Source: a virus (lineage: Duplodnaviria > Caudoviricetes). Taken from it: a DNA stretch of 64,000 nt. Within the stretch, counting starts at the first letter, position 1, and every line of letters starts with the position of its first letter. Position numbers and translations under genes: made by a program. This document shows, piece after piece, positions 20,493 to 30,634 of this stretch. A model generated the notes under the pieces. The model saw only the letters and a program-made list of their open reading frames with translations, had not been told where the DNA came from and ran no database searches. The stretch lies in IMG/VR virus record IMGVR_UViG_3300018430_000021, positions 32,001 through 96,000 of that record, one strand, 5' to 3'.

Positions 20493-20915
20493 ATGATTAA
20501 ATTCATCGGAACAATTCTTTTTATCATCTTGCTCGCCATCGGAGGTTACGCGGTCTATCGCGGGCTCACTGGTGACAACGACAATGCTGACAAGGTTGCG
20601 TCGAAGGCGAGCGAACTGGTCTCTTCCGTGGCCGACACGTTCTCTGACGGAGCCAAGGACATTGCCAACGATGCCAAGAGCCTAGGGGCTGAAGCGACAG
20701 ATTCAGTAAAGTCAGCGGTACTAAGGGCTGGTGATTCAGTTAAGTCCGCGACACTACGAACAGTCGATTCTGTTAAGGATGGTACATCAAGGGCAGTCGA
20801 TTCAGCTAAGTCTGGTGTTGCGTCAAGGATTGGTGACATAAGGGAAGCGAATAAGAAGAAATTTAACGAAGCCAAGAATGCCGCAAAAGACAAGATTGAT
20901 TCGCTAAGGAAATGA
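20493..20915 (+). CDS. Membrane-anchored protein with 11-residue helical repeats (xDSVKS)
   Basis: N-terminal TM helix; four 33-bp repeats at about 20693-20824. Confidence 0.75.
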   Translation: MIKFIGTILFIILLAIGGYAVYRGLTGDNDNADKVASKASELVSSVADTFSDGAKDIANDAKSLGAEATDSVKSAVLRAGDSVKSATLRTVDSVKDGTSRAVDSAKSGVASRIGDIREANKKKFNEAKNAAKDKIDSLRK

Positions 20916-21018
20916 CGATGGATGGACGCACGGCAGAACGAACCGTGCAGGAAAGACGAGAGTAAAATCTCGTCTTTTTCTTATTTAAAATTACTTCTAA
21001 ATTTTCTATATTATAATC

Positions 21019-21432
21019 ATGAGCGTAATTCTTAAAATCGAATGGTTAAATCGTTATACGAATAACTGCGGGCCGACAGGTTCCGTACAGGGTTCGTTCC
21101 AGGCCGGATTAAAGTTTATCAAGGCGGAAATGGAATGGTTTGGCGTAGATATAAAAGAAATGACAAAACCCGACGATTACTCAAGTTATGTTGCAAGACA
21201 TGTTAGGTTCGCGGAACCGGCTGTAATGACCGGACCTCCACACCAAGAAAGCGGTGAATATGACCAAAGGCTCACCATATTCGACCACATGACCGGTGAA
21301 GTATTCTATAAGGCTGAGATGCTGGCAAGAAACTATAAACCCGGTTCCAATGAACCGTTTGAACTGTACAGAGAAGTAATCTATAACATAATGAAATATA
21401 AGGCGGTCATACCTATTGTTGAAAACCTGTAA
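21019..21432 (+). CDS. Hypothetical protein, leaderless, paralog of 28319, tail (PIVENL)
   Basis: MSVIL..EWFG.DIK..YDQRL. Confidence 0.8.
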   Translation: MSVILKIEWLNRYTNNCGPTGSVQGSFQAGLKFIKAEMEWFGVDIKEMTKPDDYSSYVARHVRFAEPAVMTGPPHQESGEYDQRLTIFDHMTGEVFYKAEMLARNYKPGSNEPFELYREVIYNIMKYKAVIPIVENL

Positions 21433-21530
21433 TAAAATTTTAAAATCTTTTTGTTGACACAACATCTGAATTTTTCTATATTTAAACATGTGGTTGAATG
21501 GTTCAACTACTTAAAATAACTGAGGTTAAT

Positions 21531-21818
21531 ATGAATTCTCGTGAAGTTCTCCAGACTTATGCTCCGATGTACAAGGATCTCTCCGATGCCGCACTCTTCC
21601 ACAAGCTGAGCGACATTGCATACCGTCAGATTGGACACGGAATGAGTCACGAATACTGGAAGAAGACCTGGGGAGCCAAGGGCTATATCAAGCCGAACAA
21701 CATCCGCGAACATATCGAAAACGCGATCGCCGAAGACAAGAACTATAGCGATGCCGCAATGGCTGCTGGTCTCAAGCGTTATCGTAACCGACAGGCCCAG
21801 GAACTTGTTCTCGGGTAG
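21531..21818 (+). CDS. Hypothetical protein
   Basis: Promoter, 5' hairpin, RBS. Confidence 0.75.
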   Translation: MNSREVLQTYAPMYKDLSDAALFHKLSDIAYRQIGHGMSHEYWKKTWGAKGYIKPNNIREHIENAIAEDKNYSDAAMAAGLKRYRNRQAQELVLG

Positions 21819-21899
21819 TTCGTAAATAAAAAATCCAGATTAAATGGTTTACATTTGGTCTGGATTTTTCTATATTATGAATATACAAGAGAGGTTAAT

Positions 21900-22217
21900 A
21901 TGAGTCTTCAAGAAAAGCTTAAGAACTATGCAAACGACATTATCGCCTATTCGAAGATGAGACGAGATCGCCAGTCCAACGTCATCATGCTCAATAACCT
22001 GTACAACAGACTGTGTGCCAACTGGGGAAACGTTATCCCTGACTTGATGATTAACAAGATGCTTGACAACAAGGCGGATGGCGAAGACGTTCTCAATGCG
22101 TTGATTGTGAGGGAAAATAACCAGGCGATTGAAATGAGTGTCGAACTCTTCACCAAAATCTACGAGAACAACGGTGAACAAGCGTTTAAGTGTGTCCTCT
22201 GTGTTACCGAAGGATAA
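21900..22217 (+). CDS. Hypothetical protein
   Basis: Own promoter and RBS. Confidence 0.75.
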   Translation: MSLQEKLKNYANDIIAYSKMRRDRQSNVIMLNNLYNRLCANWGNVIPDLMINKMLDNKADGEDVLNALIVRENNQAIEMSVELFTKIYENNGEQAFKCVLCVTEG

Positions 22218-22283
22218 AATCTAACTAATTCCATTTACAAAACATTTGGAATTAGCTATATTTAAATCAAACAAGAGGTTAAC

Positions 22284-22631
22284 ATGGTAAATAAACGTTG
22301 TGTACGAATCTTCTTCATTCCCGACCCGCATCAGCGCGTTCCCGACGACATTTACAACTATTTGGAAGACAATAAGATTGTCTGGCCGGATAATGGCCTT
22401 CCGTATATCCAATCTGAATCCGGAAACTCAAGACTTTACTTCAAGAGTAGCGAGGCTATCCGTTACGGGTTCGCGAAGAACAGTGAAGATGCGGAAAAGA
22501 ACATTTTCTATGCGAAGGGTTTTCTCAATACCGATGAAGGAATCATCGAATTCTGTCATCTCTTCGACAAGGAAAAGTACGCCGACAAGCTTGATAAGAC
22601 TTTGGAGGTTTTGCCTACTGTAAATCCGTGA
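22284..22631 (+). CDS. Hypothetical protein with tail (DKTLEVLP)
   Basis: Own promoter and RBS. Confidence 0.75.
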   Translation: MVNKRCVRIFFIPDPHQRVPDDIYNYLEDNKIVWPDNGLPYIQSESGNSRLYFKSSEAIRYGFAKNSEDAEKNIFYAKGFLNTDEGIIEFCHLFDKEKYADKLDKTLEVLPTVNP

Positions 22632-22704
22632 ATAATTTCCCAGTCTTTTTCACTTACAAAAAGTTCGGAATTAACTATATTTGAAATATACAAGAGAGGT
22701 TACA

Positions 22705-23040
22705 ATGTTTATTTCTTTCGTGAATTCCAAGACTGGTGAAGAACTGTTTGACAAGGCACAGAGTTTGCATCTCGGTAGCGATGAACCGAATGGATATTCT
22801 TTGCAAGTGCGGACGACAGATTTCGAAGTTTCGCTGTATGATACATGCAGTTGGGACATAATCGAACTTTGGCAATCGGATGAATGCTTTACCTACAAGT
22901 TTAACGAAACAACGAAGAAGTATGAAGGGCCTTGCCTGAAGTATATCAAAAGCGTGTTTTCGTCGAATCCGATTAAACCCACAATCGAATCTTATACGAG
23001 ACCGGAGCTCGCACATATCATGAAGTGGCTTATTGCATAA
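22705..23040 (+). CDS. Hypothetical protein
   Basis: Own promoter and RBS. Confidence 0.75.
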   Translation: MFISFVNSKTGEELFDKAQSLHLGSDEPNGYSLQVRTTDFEVSLYDTCSWDIIELWQSDECFTYKFNETTKKYEGPCLKYIKSVFSSNPIKPTIESYTRPELAHIMKWLIA

Positions 23041-23142
23041 GACAATGTTAACCTCCTGTAAGACTGGGAATAATTTCCCAGTCTTTTTCATTTACAAAAG
23101 ATTCAGAAGTTTCTATATTATAATCAAACAAGAGAGGTTAAT

Positions 23143-23517
23143 ATGCACGTTATTTACAAAAACAAGAACAGTGAACGCGAAGTGGCTCGTCTCAAGGGCA
23201 TTGCGTTTGAACATGGTGAATGCTCCGTTTATCTTTCTTCGGGCAATATCCTAAAGTTTGGTGTACTTTCTACGTTCACGGAAGTGACGTTTATTTGCCG
23301 TGATGTGTTCTATAACGGTGACCCTTGTAAGCACGTTTGCGAATTGAAATATGTTCCAAAAGCAGTTCCGGGCGGTGGAGTAAGAGCCTTTGGCCCAGAT
23401 ACTTCGATTTGTGACCCGACGACAAGCAGTCGCCTCGGAAACAATGAACTGACCTGGCAACGTTTCTATGAGGTAATCGAATATTATTACCTGAGGGAAC
23501 TTGAAGGAAATCTTTAA
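23143..23517 (+). CDS. Hypothetical protein with tail (RELEGNL)
   Basis: Own promoter and RBS. Confidence 0.75.
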   Translation: MHVIYKNKNSEREVARLKGIAFEHGECSVYLSSGNILKFGVLSTFTEVTFICRDVFYNGDPCKHVCELKYVPKAVPGGGVRAFGPDTSICDPTTSSRLGNNELTWQRFYEVIEYYYLRELEGNL

Positions 23518-23582
23518 TGGTTTTCTTCTTTACAAAAAGTTCAGAAGTTTCTATATTATAATCAAACAAGAGAGGTTAATAA

Positions 23583-23969
23583 ATGTTTTTGAAAATGAAT
23601 CGAGAAACCCTGTTCACTCTGGTACGTGCATTTTTTCCTGAAGCAAAGATTACTCGCGTCCTGCATCCTGAATATGGAGATGGCGGTGACATTTGTTTGA
23701 GAACCGACCGAACGATTGCATTTGATGAATTTGAAGACGGTCAGTGTGAGGTTCGTGTCTGTACGCTTGACGAAAACAAAGATGTCATTGCTACACAGGA
23801 TTTCGCCACTGAAGAAGAACTTGCGAACTACCTCAAGCAGAAGAAATTTGAATGGTCCAAATACGGCTATGACTGGGATGTTCTCTCGGCAAAGATTTCT
23901 AACCTGCAGGCACAGGGTATGACCATGGACCAGATTGCAGAAAAGGCAATCAAGGAAGGTAAGCTCTAA
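23583..23969 (+). CDS. Hypothetical protein
   Basis: Own promoter and RBS. Confidence 0.75.
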   Translation: MFLKMNRETLFTLVRAFFPEAKITRVLHPEYGDGGDICLRTDRTIAFDEFEDGQCEVRVCTLDENKDVIATQDFATEEELANYLKQKKFEWSKYGYDWDVLSAKISNLQAQGMTMDQIAEKAIKEGKL

Positions 23970-24208
23970 TGGATATTAAAAAGCTCAAGAAACTAATGAA
24001 GAAGATGCCCAGCGAAACCATGCTTAAGGGTAAGAAACATAATCCACCGAAAGGCTGGCCGACTCTCGAAGAAGTCCAGGCCAGGGCAAAGAAACGAGAT
24101 GACATTCTCTTCGCACTTTGCAACGAAAAGGGAATCACTGTTGTTCACCATAAGTTGACGAAGGAATACGATTGCGGTGACATCAAGGGCTTGCCGGAAT
24201 TTAAGTAA
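23969..24208 (+). CDS. Hypothetical basic protein
   Basis: TAATG coupling. Confidence 0.7.
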   Translation: MDIKKLKKLMKKMPSETMLKGKKHNPPKGWPTLEEVQARAKKRDDILFALCNEKGITVVHHKLTKEYDCGDIKGLPEFK

Positions 24209-24225
24209 CCAAGGGGAGGAGACAA

Positions 24226-24291
24226 ATGATTGCATTGATTCCAGTATTCGCGTTCATCACGTCTGTTGCTACGGCCATTATCACGCAGTAA
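24226..24291 (+). CDS. 21-aa hydrophobic peptide (MIALIPVFAFITSVATAIITQ)
   Basis: Strong GGAGG RBS. Confidence 0.45.
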   Translation: MIALIPVFAFITSVATAIITQ

Positions 24292-24372
24292 AGACGAAAG
24301 AAAAATCCAGATAATAACTATTTACTAATTGTCTGGATTTTTCTATATTATAATCAAACAAGAGAGGTTAAT

Positions 24373-24786
24373 ATGTCTTTTATCAACGAAATCCGTAACA
24401 TTCAGGCTGAAACTATCGTCAAGCACGAAGAAGAAATGCGTCGTGACCGCGATATTGTTCTTAAGGTCGTTCACATCATCAAGGACAGGATTAAGGCCAA
24501 GGTGTCCAACTATCTGTATGCAAAAGATGAAACGTCCGAAGAAGTCAAGTTTATTATAACGGATATGTTGAACATGGACAAATATAAGTTTTCCTACACT
24601 GTTGATAAGAAGGTAGAAGATATTGAATTAACCCAGCCGGAATACCGTTCCGTCGTCGACATCTTCCTTAAAGAAGGTTTCAAGGTAAGTCAACGTGACA
24701 GTCATGAAGAATATTATCGTGATGGCCAGTGTCCAGGATTCGGTCACAGTGTTCGCCCTATAAGAAAGCTTATTCTGGAATGGTAA
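24373..24786 (+). CDS. Hypothetical protein
   Basis: Own promoter and RBS. Confidence 0.75.
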   Translation: MSFINEIRNIQAETIVKHEEEMRRDRDIVLKVVHIIKDRIKAKVSNYLYAKDETSEEVKFIITDMLNMDKYKFSYTVDKKVEDIELTQPEYRSVVDIFLKEGFKVSQRDSHEEYYRDGQCPGFGHSVRPIRKLILEW

Positions 24787-24868
24787 TCCCGAGAATAATT
24801 TCCAATCAAAATCAACTTACAAAACAAACAAAAGTTTCTATCTTTAGAATATCAACAAGAGGTTAACA

Positions 24869-25162
24869 ATGGCTCAACGTAATTGCTTTGACTGGCCGAC
24901 GATTCAACGGAATAACAAGGAAGCGCTGGAAAAAATCCGTCCGTATGTCGGCGATAAACTGACGGAGAAGTTCAAGGAGATCCTGGCCGAACCGTCTGAC
25001 TTTGACGTCTTGGAACCATGTGAAGATGATTCCGCCCAACATCAAAAGACGAACTTCATTCCTCCGACCTGGGCGAGCGAAATGAACAAGGACAAACCGG
25101 CCGTGATGTTCTTGGACGAATACAGAATCGAAAACGGAAAGGAATGGCATAACGGGAAGTAA
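24869..25162 (+). CDS. Hypothetical protein carrying a MoxR Walker-B-like fragment
   Basis: TNFIPPTW..KPAVMFLDEYR versus TRFAKPQW..KPVLLLLDEINR in the 2355 ATPase. Confidence 0.65.
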   Translation: MAQRNCFDWPTIQRNNKEALEKIRPYVGDKLTEKFKEILAEPSDFDVLEPCEDDSAQHQKTNFIPPTWASEMNKDKPAVMFLDEYRIENGKEWHNGK

Positions 25163-25164
25163 CT

Positions 25165-25491
25165 ATGTTTATCTACGGAATTCTAAGAAATAAGCTCCGT
25201 ATCTCGGAGGAAAAGGCAAACGAACTGGCCAAGATTCTGCACGACGAGGTGGAAAAGGAAAAGGAAAAGGACAAGGTCCGCCAGGAATACATCAAGAAGA
25301 TGGAAGAACAGGCCGCAAGCTATGAAAAGACCATCGAAGACATGAAGAACGAATCCCTTGACTCTATGGTTAAAAGGATCGCTGCCGAAACGGTTGAAAA
25401 GTCCATCAGGGAAAACCTTACGCTCGAAATCCATGCCTGGGGTGGAGCAGATGTCAACGGGCATTTGGAATGGAACGGAAAGGAATTCTAA
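25165..25491 (+). CDS. Hypothetical coiled-coil protein
   Basis: In an operon with 24869. Confidence 0.75.
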   Translation: MFIYGILRNKLRISEEKANELAKILHDEVEKEKEKDKVRQEYIKKMEEQAASYEKTIEDMKNESLDSMVKRIAAETVEKSIRENLTLEIHAWGGADVNGHLEWNGKEF

Positions 25492-25574
25492 GTTTAGTTA
25501 ACCTCGAGAGGCCTGCGGGAAATCCAGCGGGTCTTTTTCTTTTATATACTCATTAAAAACTCTTTATTATTCGT

Positions 25575-25650
25575 CCATATTTGAGTTATACGGGCTTTAT
25601 TTAATAAAAGAGTATAAGTTATAAGCCATTTAAATAAGAGTCTTTAAATG
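25575..25650. repeat. 76-bp non-coding element, copy A
   Basis: CCATATTTGAG..GAGTA..GAGTCTTTAAATG. Confidence 0.75.
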
Positions 25651-25752
25651 ATGTTTATATCGGCTGTGCAATAGATTAAATTTTCTACTCATTTTCTATT
25701 GACAACTTCTAGTTTTATTTCTATATTATGAACATAAACAAGAGGTTAACGA

Positions 25753-25995
25753 ATGTCTGAACTTGAACGTGCGATTAGAAGCTACTGGCCAACGATGAGT
25801 CCTAGCGAAAGAATGTTCGCAATGATGGATTTGAGCGAAGAATTTAAAATTCCATCTATAACTGTTGACGAATGGCTTGAATGGATTGGCAAACCCAGGG
25901 TCAATCTTCGTCAGATTCCGACAGAACAGGTCCCGCCGAAGTGGTACCTGGAAATGAACAAACCTGGTTTTCACTGTGCACTTTTGGAGAATTAA
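25753..25995 (+). CDS. Hypothetical protein
   Basis: Own promoter and RBS. Confidence 0.75.
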   Translation: MSELERAIRSYWPTMSPSERMFAMMDLSEEFKIPSITVDEWLEWIGKPRVNLRQIPTEQVPPKWYLEMNKPGFHCALLEN

Positions 25996-25996
25996 C

Positions 25997-26191
25997 ATGA
26001 TTATTCGTAACAAGAAAACAAACCAATATGTAGCAGGGATGCAACTCCTTCCTGGAAATAAGCTTTCGCTACTTTGGACTGACGATCCTCACAAGGCAGA
26101 ACATATGGTGCCGTTCCAGAACGACTGGGAAAAGGGTTTCAAATCTTTCCAGAAGGCCATGAAGCTTGAACTTGAAATCGTGGAAGACTGA
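25997..26191 (+). CDS. Hypothetical protein
   Basis: GGAG RBS. Confidence 0.7.
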   Translation: MIIRNKKTNQYVAGMQLLPGNKLSLLWTDDPHKAEHMVPFQNDWEKGFKSFQKAMKLELEIVED

Positions 26192-26267
26192 AAATAAAAA
26201 TCTAAATAAAACCTCTTTACAAAAACCTTAGAATTAACTATATTATAGACATACAAGAGAGGTTAAC

Positions 26268-26891
26268 ATGAATGCATCTGAACTTACTAATCCGGCTATC
26301 GTGAAAGTGTCCAAGTCCGACGGAAACTATTTCTGGTACGGAAAGGAAAAGTTTAAGTTCACCGGCTGTTTTTCCACGACCGATTCGCAAATACAACATA
26401 TCGCATCGGGAGTAGAATCCTACATCAAGCGTGATTCTGACGTGTACAAGGAAATTCACCGCCAGTGGGAAGTAAACCTTGAAGAAAAGAAGGCGAAAGA
26501 TAAGGCGAAGCGTGAAGCCAAGAAGAAGGTTCTCCTCGAGCTCGCGAAAGATTCGACGATGACTGCACTTGAATGGAGGATTAAGCTCCTCAAGGAACAT
26601 GGCCTGTTGCTCAAGTCCAGACCGTACGGGCACGATTACGAAGTATTCCAGTGCAACGTGGGTTGGAATGATTCGTTCCTGGTTACTAAGGCGGACGGTT
26701 CGCAGAACCTCGACGTAAAGACTATTAAGAAGTTCTGCTGTGTGGACAAGATTACCAATGCTGACCCTTACAGCAGGTTCAACGACATAACCATCAAAGA
26801 AGTCCTGGAAAAGGTCGCTCGAATCCAACGCAAGGAAATGGAAAAGAATAAGGCTGAAATAATTAATGCCATCGATACTCTTGCCGGCTAA
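26268..26891 (+). CDS. Hypothetical protein with tail (INAIDTLAG)
   Basis: Own promoter and RBS. Confidence 0.8.
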   Translation: MNASELTNPAIVKVSKSDGNYFWYGKEKFKFTGCFSTTDSQIQHIASGVESYIKRDSDVYKEIHRQWEVNLEEKKAKDKAKREAKKKVLLELAKDSTMTALEWRIKLLKEHGLLLKSRPYGHDYEVFQCNVGWNDSFLVTKADGSQNLDVKTIKKFCCVDKITNADPYSRFNDITIKEVLEKVARIQRKEMEKNKAEIINAIDTLAG

Positions 26892-26972
26892 TCTGTAAAG
26901 AAAACTCTAAATTAAATAGTTTACAAAAAGTTTAGAGTTTTCTATATTATGAATATCAACAAGAGGTTAAAC

Positions 26973-27410
26973 ATGAAAGTTTCTGTAGATTTGGATTTGG
27001 ACATTAAGATTACCGGTGTCAGCCAGGATGTGGCCGAGTACGCCAAGGACAGGTTTGACAACTTCTACGATGCCAACGGACTTCTGTTCCTGGACATGGA
27101 AGAAGAGGACGGTGATTTCAACATTTTGACGAACTGGAGCGCCGGTTATTCCCTCCCGACTCCGAACACGTTGAAGGAACAGTTCGAACGCTGGATTGGA
27201 GAGAAGGCCAAGGCCAGTGTCGGCGATACGATTCAGATTCTGGACTTCGCCCGTGACAATGGCAGTGAACTTCCCCAGTCCGAACAGAAGCTTATCGGTA
27301 AAACCGGTGTAGTGACTGACATCGGCGGTATGGGCGAGCTTCACGGTACTTGGGGTGGACTCGCTATCCTTACCGACGACAAGTACAAAGTCATTGCATT
27401 CGCGGAGTAA
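26973..27410 (+). CDS. Hypothetical protein with DUF4314-like C-terminal domain
   Basis: VGDTI..GKTGVVTDIGGMGELHGTWGGLAI. Confidence 0.65.
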   Translation: MKVSVDLDLDIKITGVSQDVAEYAKDRFDNFYDANGLLFLDMEEEDGDFNILTNWSAGYSLPTPNTLKEQFERWIGEKAKASVGDTIQILDFARDNGSELPQSEQKLIGKTGVVTDIGGMGELHGTWGGLAILTDDKYKVIAFAE

Positions 27411-27482
27411 AAATTCTAATCTTTTCTTGTTTACGACTATGATGTAATTTACTATATTATAGTCATACAAGAGAGGTTAACT

Positions 27483-27710
27483 ATGTGTAAGAAAGCAACA
27501 TTCGGTCAAATCGCAGCATCCTTGATGAACGCACGGGCGGAGCATCCCGAGCTTCGAGACATGGAGCTGGCTGTCGAAATCCGCGAAGGGAAGGAATACA
27601 GGAACATTACCGGTATCGAATCGTTCTTCCGTTGCCACGTGGACACGAGCAAGAACAAGGTTGACAAGATGACTACGGCCATGGCGTTCAAGCTCGACTG
27701 GGACAACTAG
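27483..27710 (+). CDS. Hypothetical protein
   Basis: Own promoter and RBS. Confidence 0.75.
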   Translation: MCKKATFGQIAASLMNARAEHPELRDMELAVEIREGKEYRNITGIESFFRCHVDTSKNKVDKMTTAMAFKLDWDN

Positions 27711-27793
27711 TCCGAAAATAAAAACCGGACTAAATATGTTTACGATTTAATCCGGTTTTACTATCTTTTAATCATAACGAAGAGGTTAACAAT

Positions 27794-27943
27794 ATGAGAA
27801 AAAGAACTTACATCCTGTACGTGCGTAACAATAACGGCCTGAACCAGGTAGGTACGGCTGGCGAAGAAGAATACGAAAGCCTTGACAAGAAATGTGCCGA
27901 TATGCGTAAGAACGGTGAAAATGCATTCATTTGGGAGATTTAA
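27794..27943 (+). CDS. Small hypothetical protein (49 aa)
   Basis: Own promoter and GAGGTTAAC RBS. Confidence 0.65.
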   Translation: MRKRTYILYVRNNNGLNQVGTAGEEEYESLDKKCADMRKNGENAFIWEI

Positions 27944-28031
27944 CTTGAGAAAAGATGTATATTATACTGAAGAGAGCTGGGAAGAGTTAAGAAAGAAATG
28001 GGACGAGCTTCAGCGTCGGAATAAATAAAAT

Positions 28032-28241
28032 ATGGAGATGGGGCCGGAAGAATTCAAAGATTTCATGGATGCGCAAAAGGACGCAATAGAAGTTGCCAAG
28101 TGGTTATGGGGCGAGAAAATCGGCCGAGACCCTGGCGACGAGTTCGTCATCAAGTGGATTAAGGAAAACGCAGAAGATTTCAGAAAGAACTGGCCCACTT
28201 ATTACGAAGAGTGGAAGAAAAAGAAACAGAGTTTGCATTAA
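28032..28241 (+). CDS. DUF4032-like small protein
   Basis: AIEVAKWLWGEKIGRDPG..WIKENAEDFR. Confidence 0.6.
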   Translation: MEMGPEEFKDFMDAQKDAIEVAKWLWGEKIGRDPGDEFVIKWIKENAEDFRKNWPTYYEEWKKKKQSLH

Positions 28242-28318
28242 CCTCCTGGAAAGCCCGCGGGAAAAATTCCTGCGGGTTTTTTATTTACAAAACCTTCGGA
28301 ATTAATTATATTATAGTC

Positions 28319-28711
28319 ATGAGCGTAATTCTTGAAATTCAATATTTGGAAAGATATAATACTGACCGTGTGAAAAAGGGACAGATTCATTACGCAGATC
28401 CTATTTCGTTAAAAGAAGTAACGGGTTCTTCAATAGAATGGTTTGGACTGGACATTAAATGGGAAAACAGTTTTGGCGATATTCAGCATATTGAGTTCTG
28501 CGAGCCCTGTGCATCATTAAAGTATGACCAACGGCTTATTATCTACAACGACAAGACAAATGAAGAATTCTATAGAGTCGAACAAATCCAGGAAGAAAAC
28601 AGAAAATACAAAGACCCGGAGCGATGCCAGCGGGCGTTTGCTATTTGTCGTGATGCCCTTTGGAACATAGAAAAATACAAGACGATAATCGCTATTGAAG
28701 AAAACCTGTAG
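28319..28711 (+). CDS. Hypothetical protein, leaderless, paralog of 21019, tail (IAIEENL)
   Basis: ATG 6 nt after TATATT. Confidence 0.8.
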   Translation: MSVILEIQYLERYNTDRVKKGQIHYADPISLKEVTGSSIEWFGLDIKWENSFGDIQHIEFCEPCASLKYDQRLIIYNDKTNEEFYRVEQIQEENRKYKDPERCQRAFAICRDALWNIEKYKTIIAIEENL

Positions 28712-28784
28712 AAAAATTCTAATCTTTTTCTATTGACAAAAAGCTCAGAAGTTTCTATATTATGAATATACAAGAGAGGTTAAT

Positions 28785-28961
28785 ATGGAAGCTGAAGAAA
28801 TTAAATCTATCGTGAAGGACCACCTTGTCAGCAAGGGATGTTCGGTTGAGCTCGCGGACGAGTACCTGGCGAGCTATGCAGAGACAATCTATGAAGATTT
28901 CGAGAATGGCGAATCCTGCGAAGAAATAGCCCAGACCATTCTCGACAATGAAAACCTGTAG
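28785..28961 (+). CDS. Small acidic protein (58 aa, ends ENL)
   Basis: Own promoter and RBS; flanked by a direct repeat. Confidence 0.7.
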   Translation: MEAEEIKSIVKDHLVSKGCSVELADEYLASYAETIYEDFENGESCEEIAQTILDNENL

Positions 28962-29035
28962 AAAAATTCTAATCTTTTTCTATTGACAAAAAGCTTGGAA
29001 GTTTCTATATTATAATCATCAACAAGAGGTTAACA

Positions 29036-29488
29036 ATGAAAAAGATTTATAAGATTACTGGTTGCACCACCGACGTTCATGAAGATTCTTACAAGGACGG
29101 AGAAGGTGCTTTCTGCAACAACTGGAGCATTCGCGAGACTAACGCTCCGCTCGAACTCAAGGAATATCCTTCGCTGAAGGAACTGTTGGCGGAAGTCGGC
29201 GAAAAGTACCTTATTCTTCCGTACAAGCAGAAGGCCGAAGAAATCGAGAAGTATTGGTTCCATTTCGAAGACCCGGACTTGAAGGATGAACTTCGTTTCG
29301 ATAACGACTGCATGGTGGACGTGAATAACGAACGAATCGACGACAATGACCTCGCCAAGTGGAAGAAAGGGAAGATGAAGCTTTATAACGCTCACACTGT
29401 GCTCTACGTGAAGGCGTTCCTCGTCGAAGACGTCAAGCTCGAGGATATGGAAAAGGACGCAAACGACTTGAAGATTGAATATTGTTAA
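29036..29488 (+). CDS. Hypothetical protein
   Basis: Own promoter and RBS. Confidence 0.8.
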   Translation: MKKIYKITGCTTDVHEDSYKDGEGAFCNNWSIRETNAPLELKEYPSLKELLAEVGEKYLILPYKQKAEEIEKYWFHFEDPDLKDELRFDNDCMVDVNNERIDDNDLAKWKKGKMKLYNAHTVLYVKAFLVEDVKLEDMEKDANDLKIEYC

Positions 29489-29568
29489 CCTGAAGAAAAA
29501 TACCGGAACAAATCTATGGACAAGTTCCGGTATTTTTTCTATATTATGAATATACAAGAGAGGTTAAC

Positions 29569-29676
29569 ATGACTGCATTAGTAATTATTATCGGTTCTGT
29601 CGCTGTAACGGCTGTTGTCACTAATCCCAAGATGTATGACCTCTTTGACAAGGCTAAGTCGAAGGAAAAAAACTAA
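29569..29676 (+). CDS. Small membrane peptide (35 aa)
   Basis: Own promoter and RBS; hydrophobic N-terminus. Confidence 0.6.
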   Translation: MTALVIIIGSVAVTAVVTNPKMYDLFDKAKSKEKN

Positions 29677-29740
29677 ATCTTTTGGCTTACGACTTCTAAA
29701 AATCTTTCTATATTATAATCATCAACAAGAGGTTAACACA

Positions 29741-30136
29741 ATGGATAAAATCAAGGCTGTACGCTTCCACAACGAACTCGACGCACTCATCAAGAAATTT
29801 GCCCAGGAACACGGAATGGATGTTCATTCGGGAAGATGCTCGTTCACTTCCACGGGACTGTCCTATAACATCTCGCTCTACGAAACCGACGGAGACGGTA
29901 ACGAAGCGATGAGCGAATACGCTTGGAACCAGATGATGAGCAGGGCCAATCGTTTCGGTCTCGGGTTTGACCCTCGTGGCCATAAGTTCTACACGAACAC
30001 CGCCCGCCCGAAGCCGTTGCAAATCATGGGTTATGACCCGTACAAGAAGTATTGCTGGTCCTGCAAGGATCCGGTTACGGGAAGTGAATTCACTTGCAAC
30101 TCGGATTATATCGACTGGAACCGTCACATCGGCTAG
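29741..30136 (+). CDS. Hypothetical protein
   Basis: Own promoter and RBS. Confidence 0.8.
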   Translation: MDKIKAVRFHNELDALIKKFAQEHGMDVHSGRCSFTSTGLSYNISLYETDGDGNEAMSEYAWNQMMSRANRFGLGFDPRGHKFYTNTARPKPLQIMGYDPYKKYCWSCKDPVTGSEFTCNSDYIDWNRHIG

Positions 30137-30218
30137 TCCGAAAGAAAAAGTCCGGACTAAAATGTTTACAAAGTTCGGACTTTTTTCTATATTATAATCA
30201 ACAACAAGAGGTTAACAC

Positions 30219-30557
30219 ATGAAACACGAAGTCATTGCTTATCAACTCATCCGCGTCGAATCTGGTGATTGCTGTACCAAAGCAACAACCGATTTAATCG
30301 CTGTAAAACAGAATCCACAAGAACTCGCTGAAATCCTCCGTAAGGATTATAACAGTACGTTGGTCGGTGATCATCAGGAACCGAACATCAGAAAAGGAAA
30401 GAAAATTGAAATCAAGGACGGAAATCTTTGGGTAAAGACTTCTGAATCGGGTGATTTGGTCTATACCTGGCAAGTAATAAGACTTAAATTGAACATTGAA
30501 GTGACGTTCCCGTTGGATCACAGACACGAAGACGGTGTTGAACTTGCGCTTGTCTGA
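30219..30557 (+). CDS. Hypothetical protein
   Basis: Own promoter and RBS. Confidence 0.75.
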   Translation: MKHEVIAYQLIRVESGDCCTKATTDLIAVKQNPQELAEILRKDYNSTLVGDHQEPNIRKGKKIEIKDGNLWVKTSESGDLVYTWQVIRLKLNIEVTFPLDHRHEDGVELALV

Positions 30558-30634
30558 GTAAAAAATTTAGAAAAGATTTTATGTACAAAACTTAAAATCT
30601 TTTCTATATTATAATTATCAACAAGAGGTTAAAC

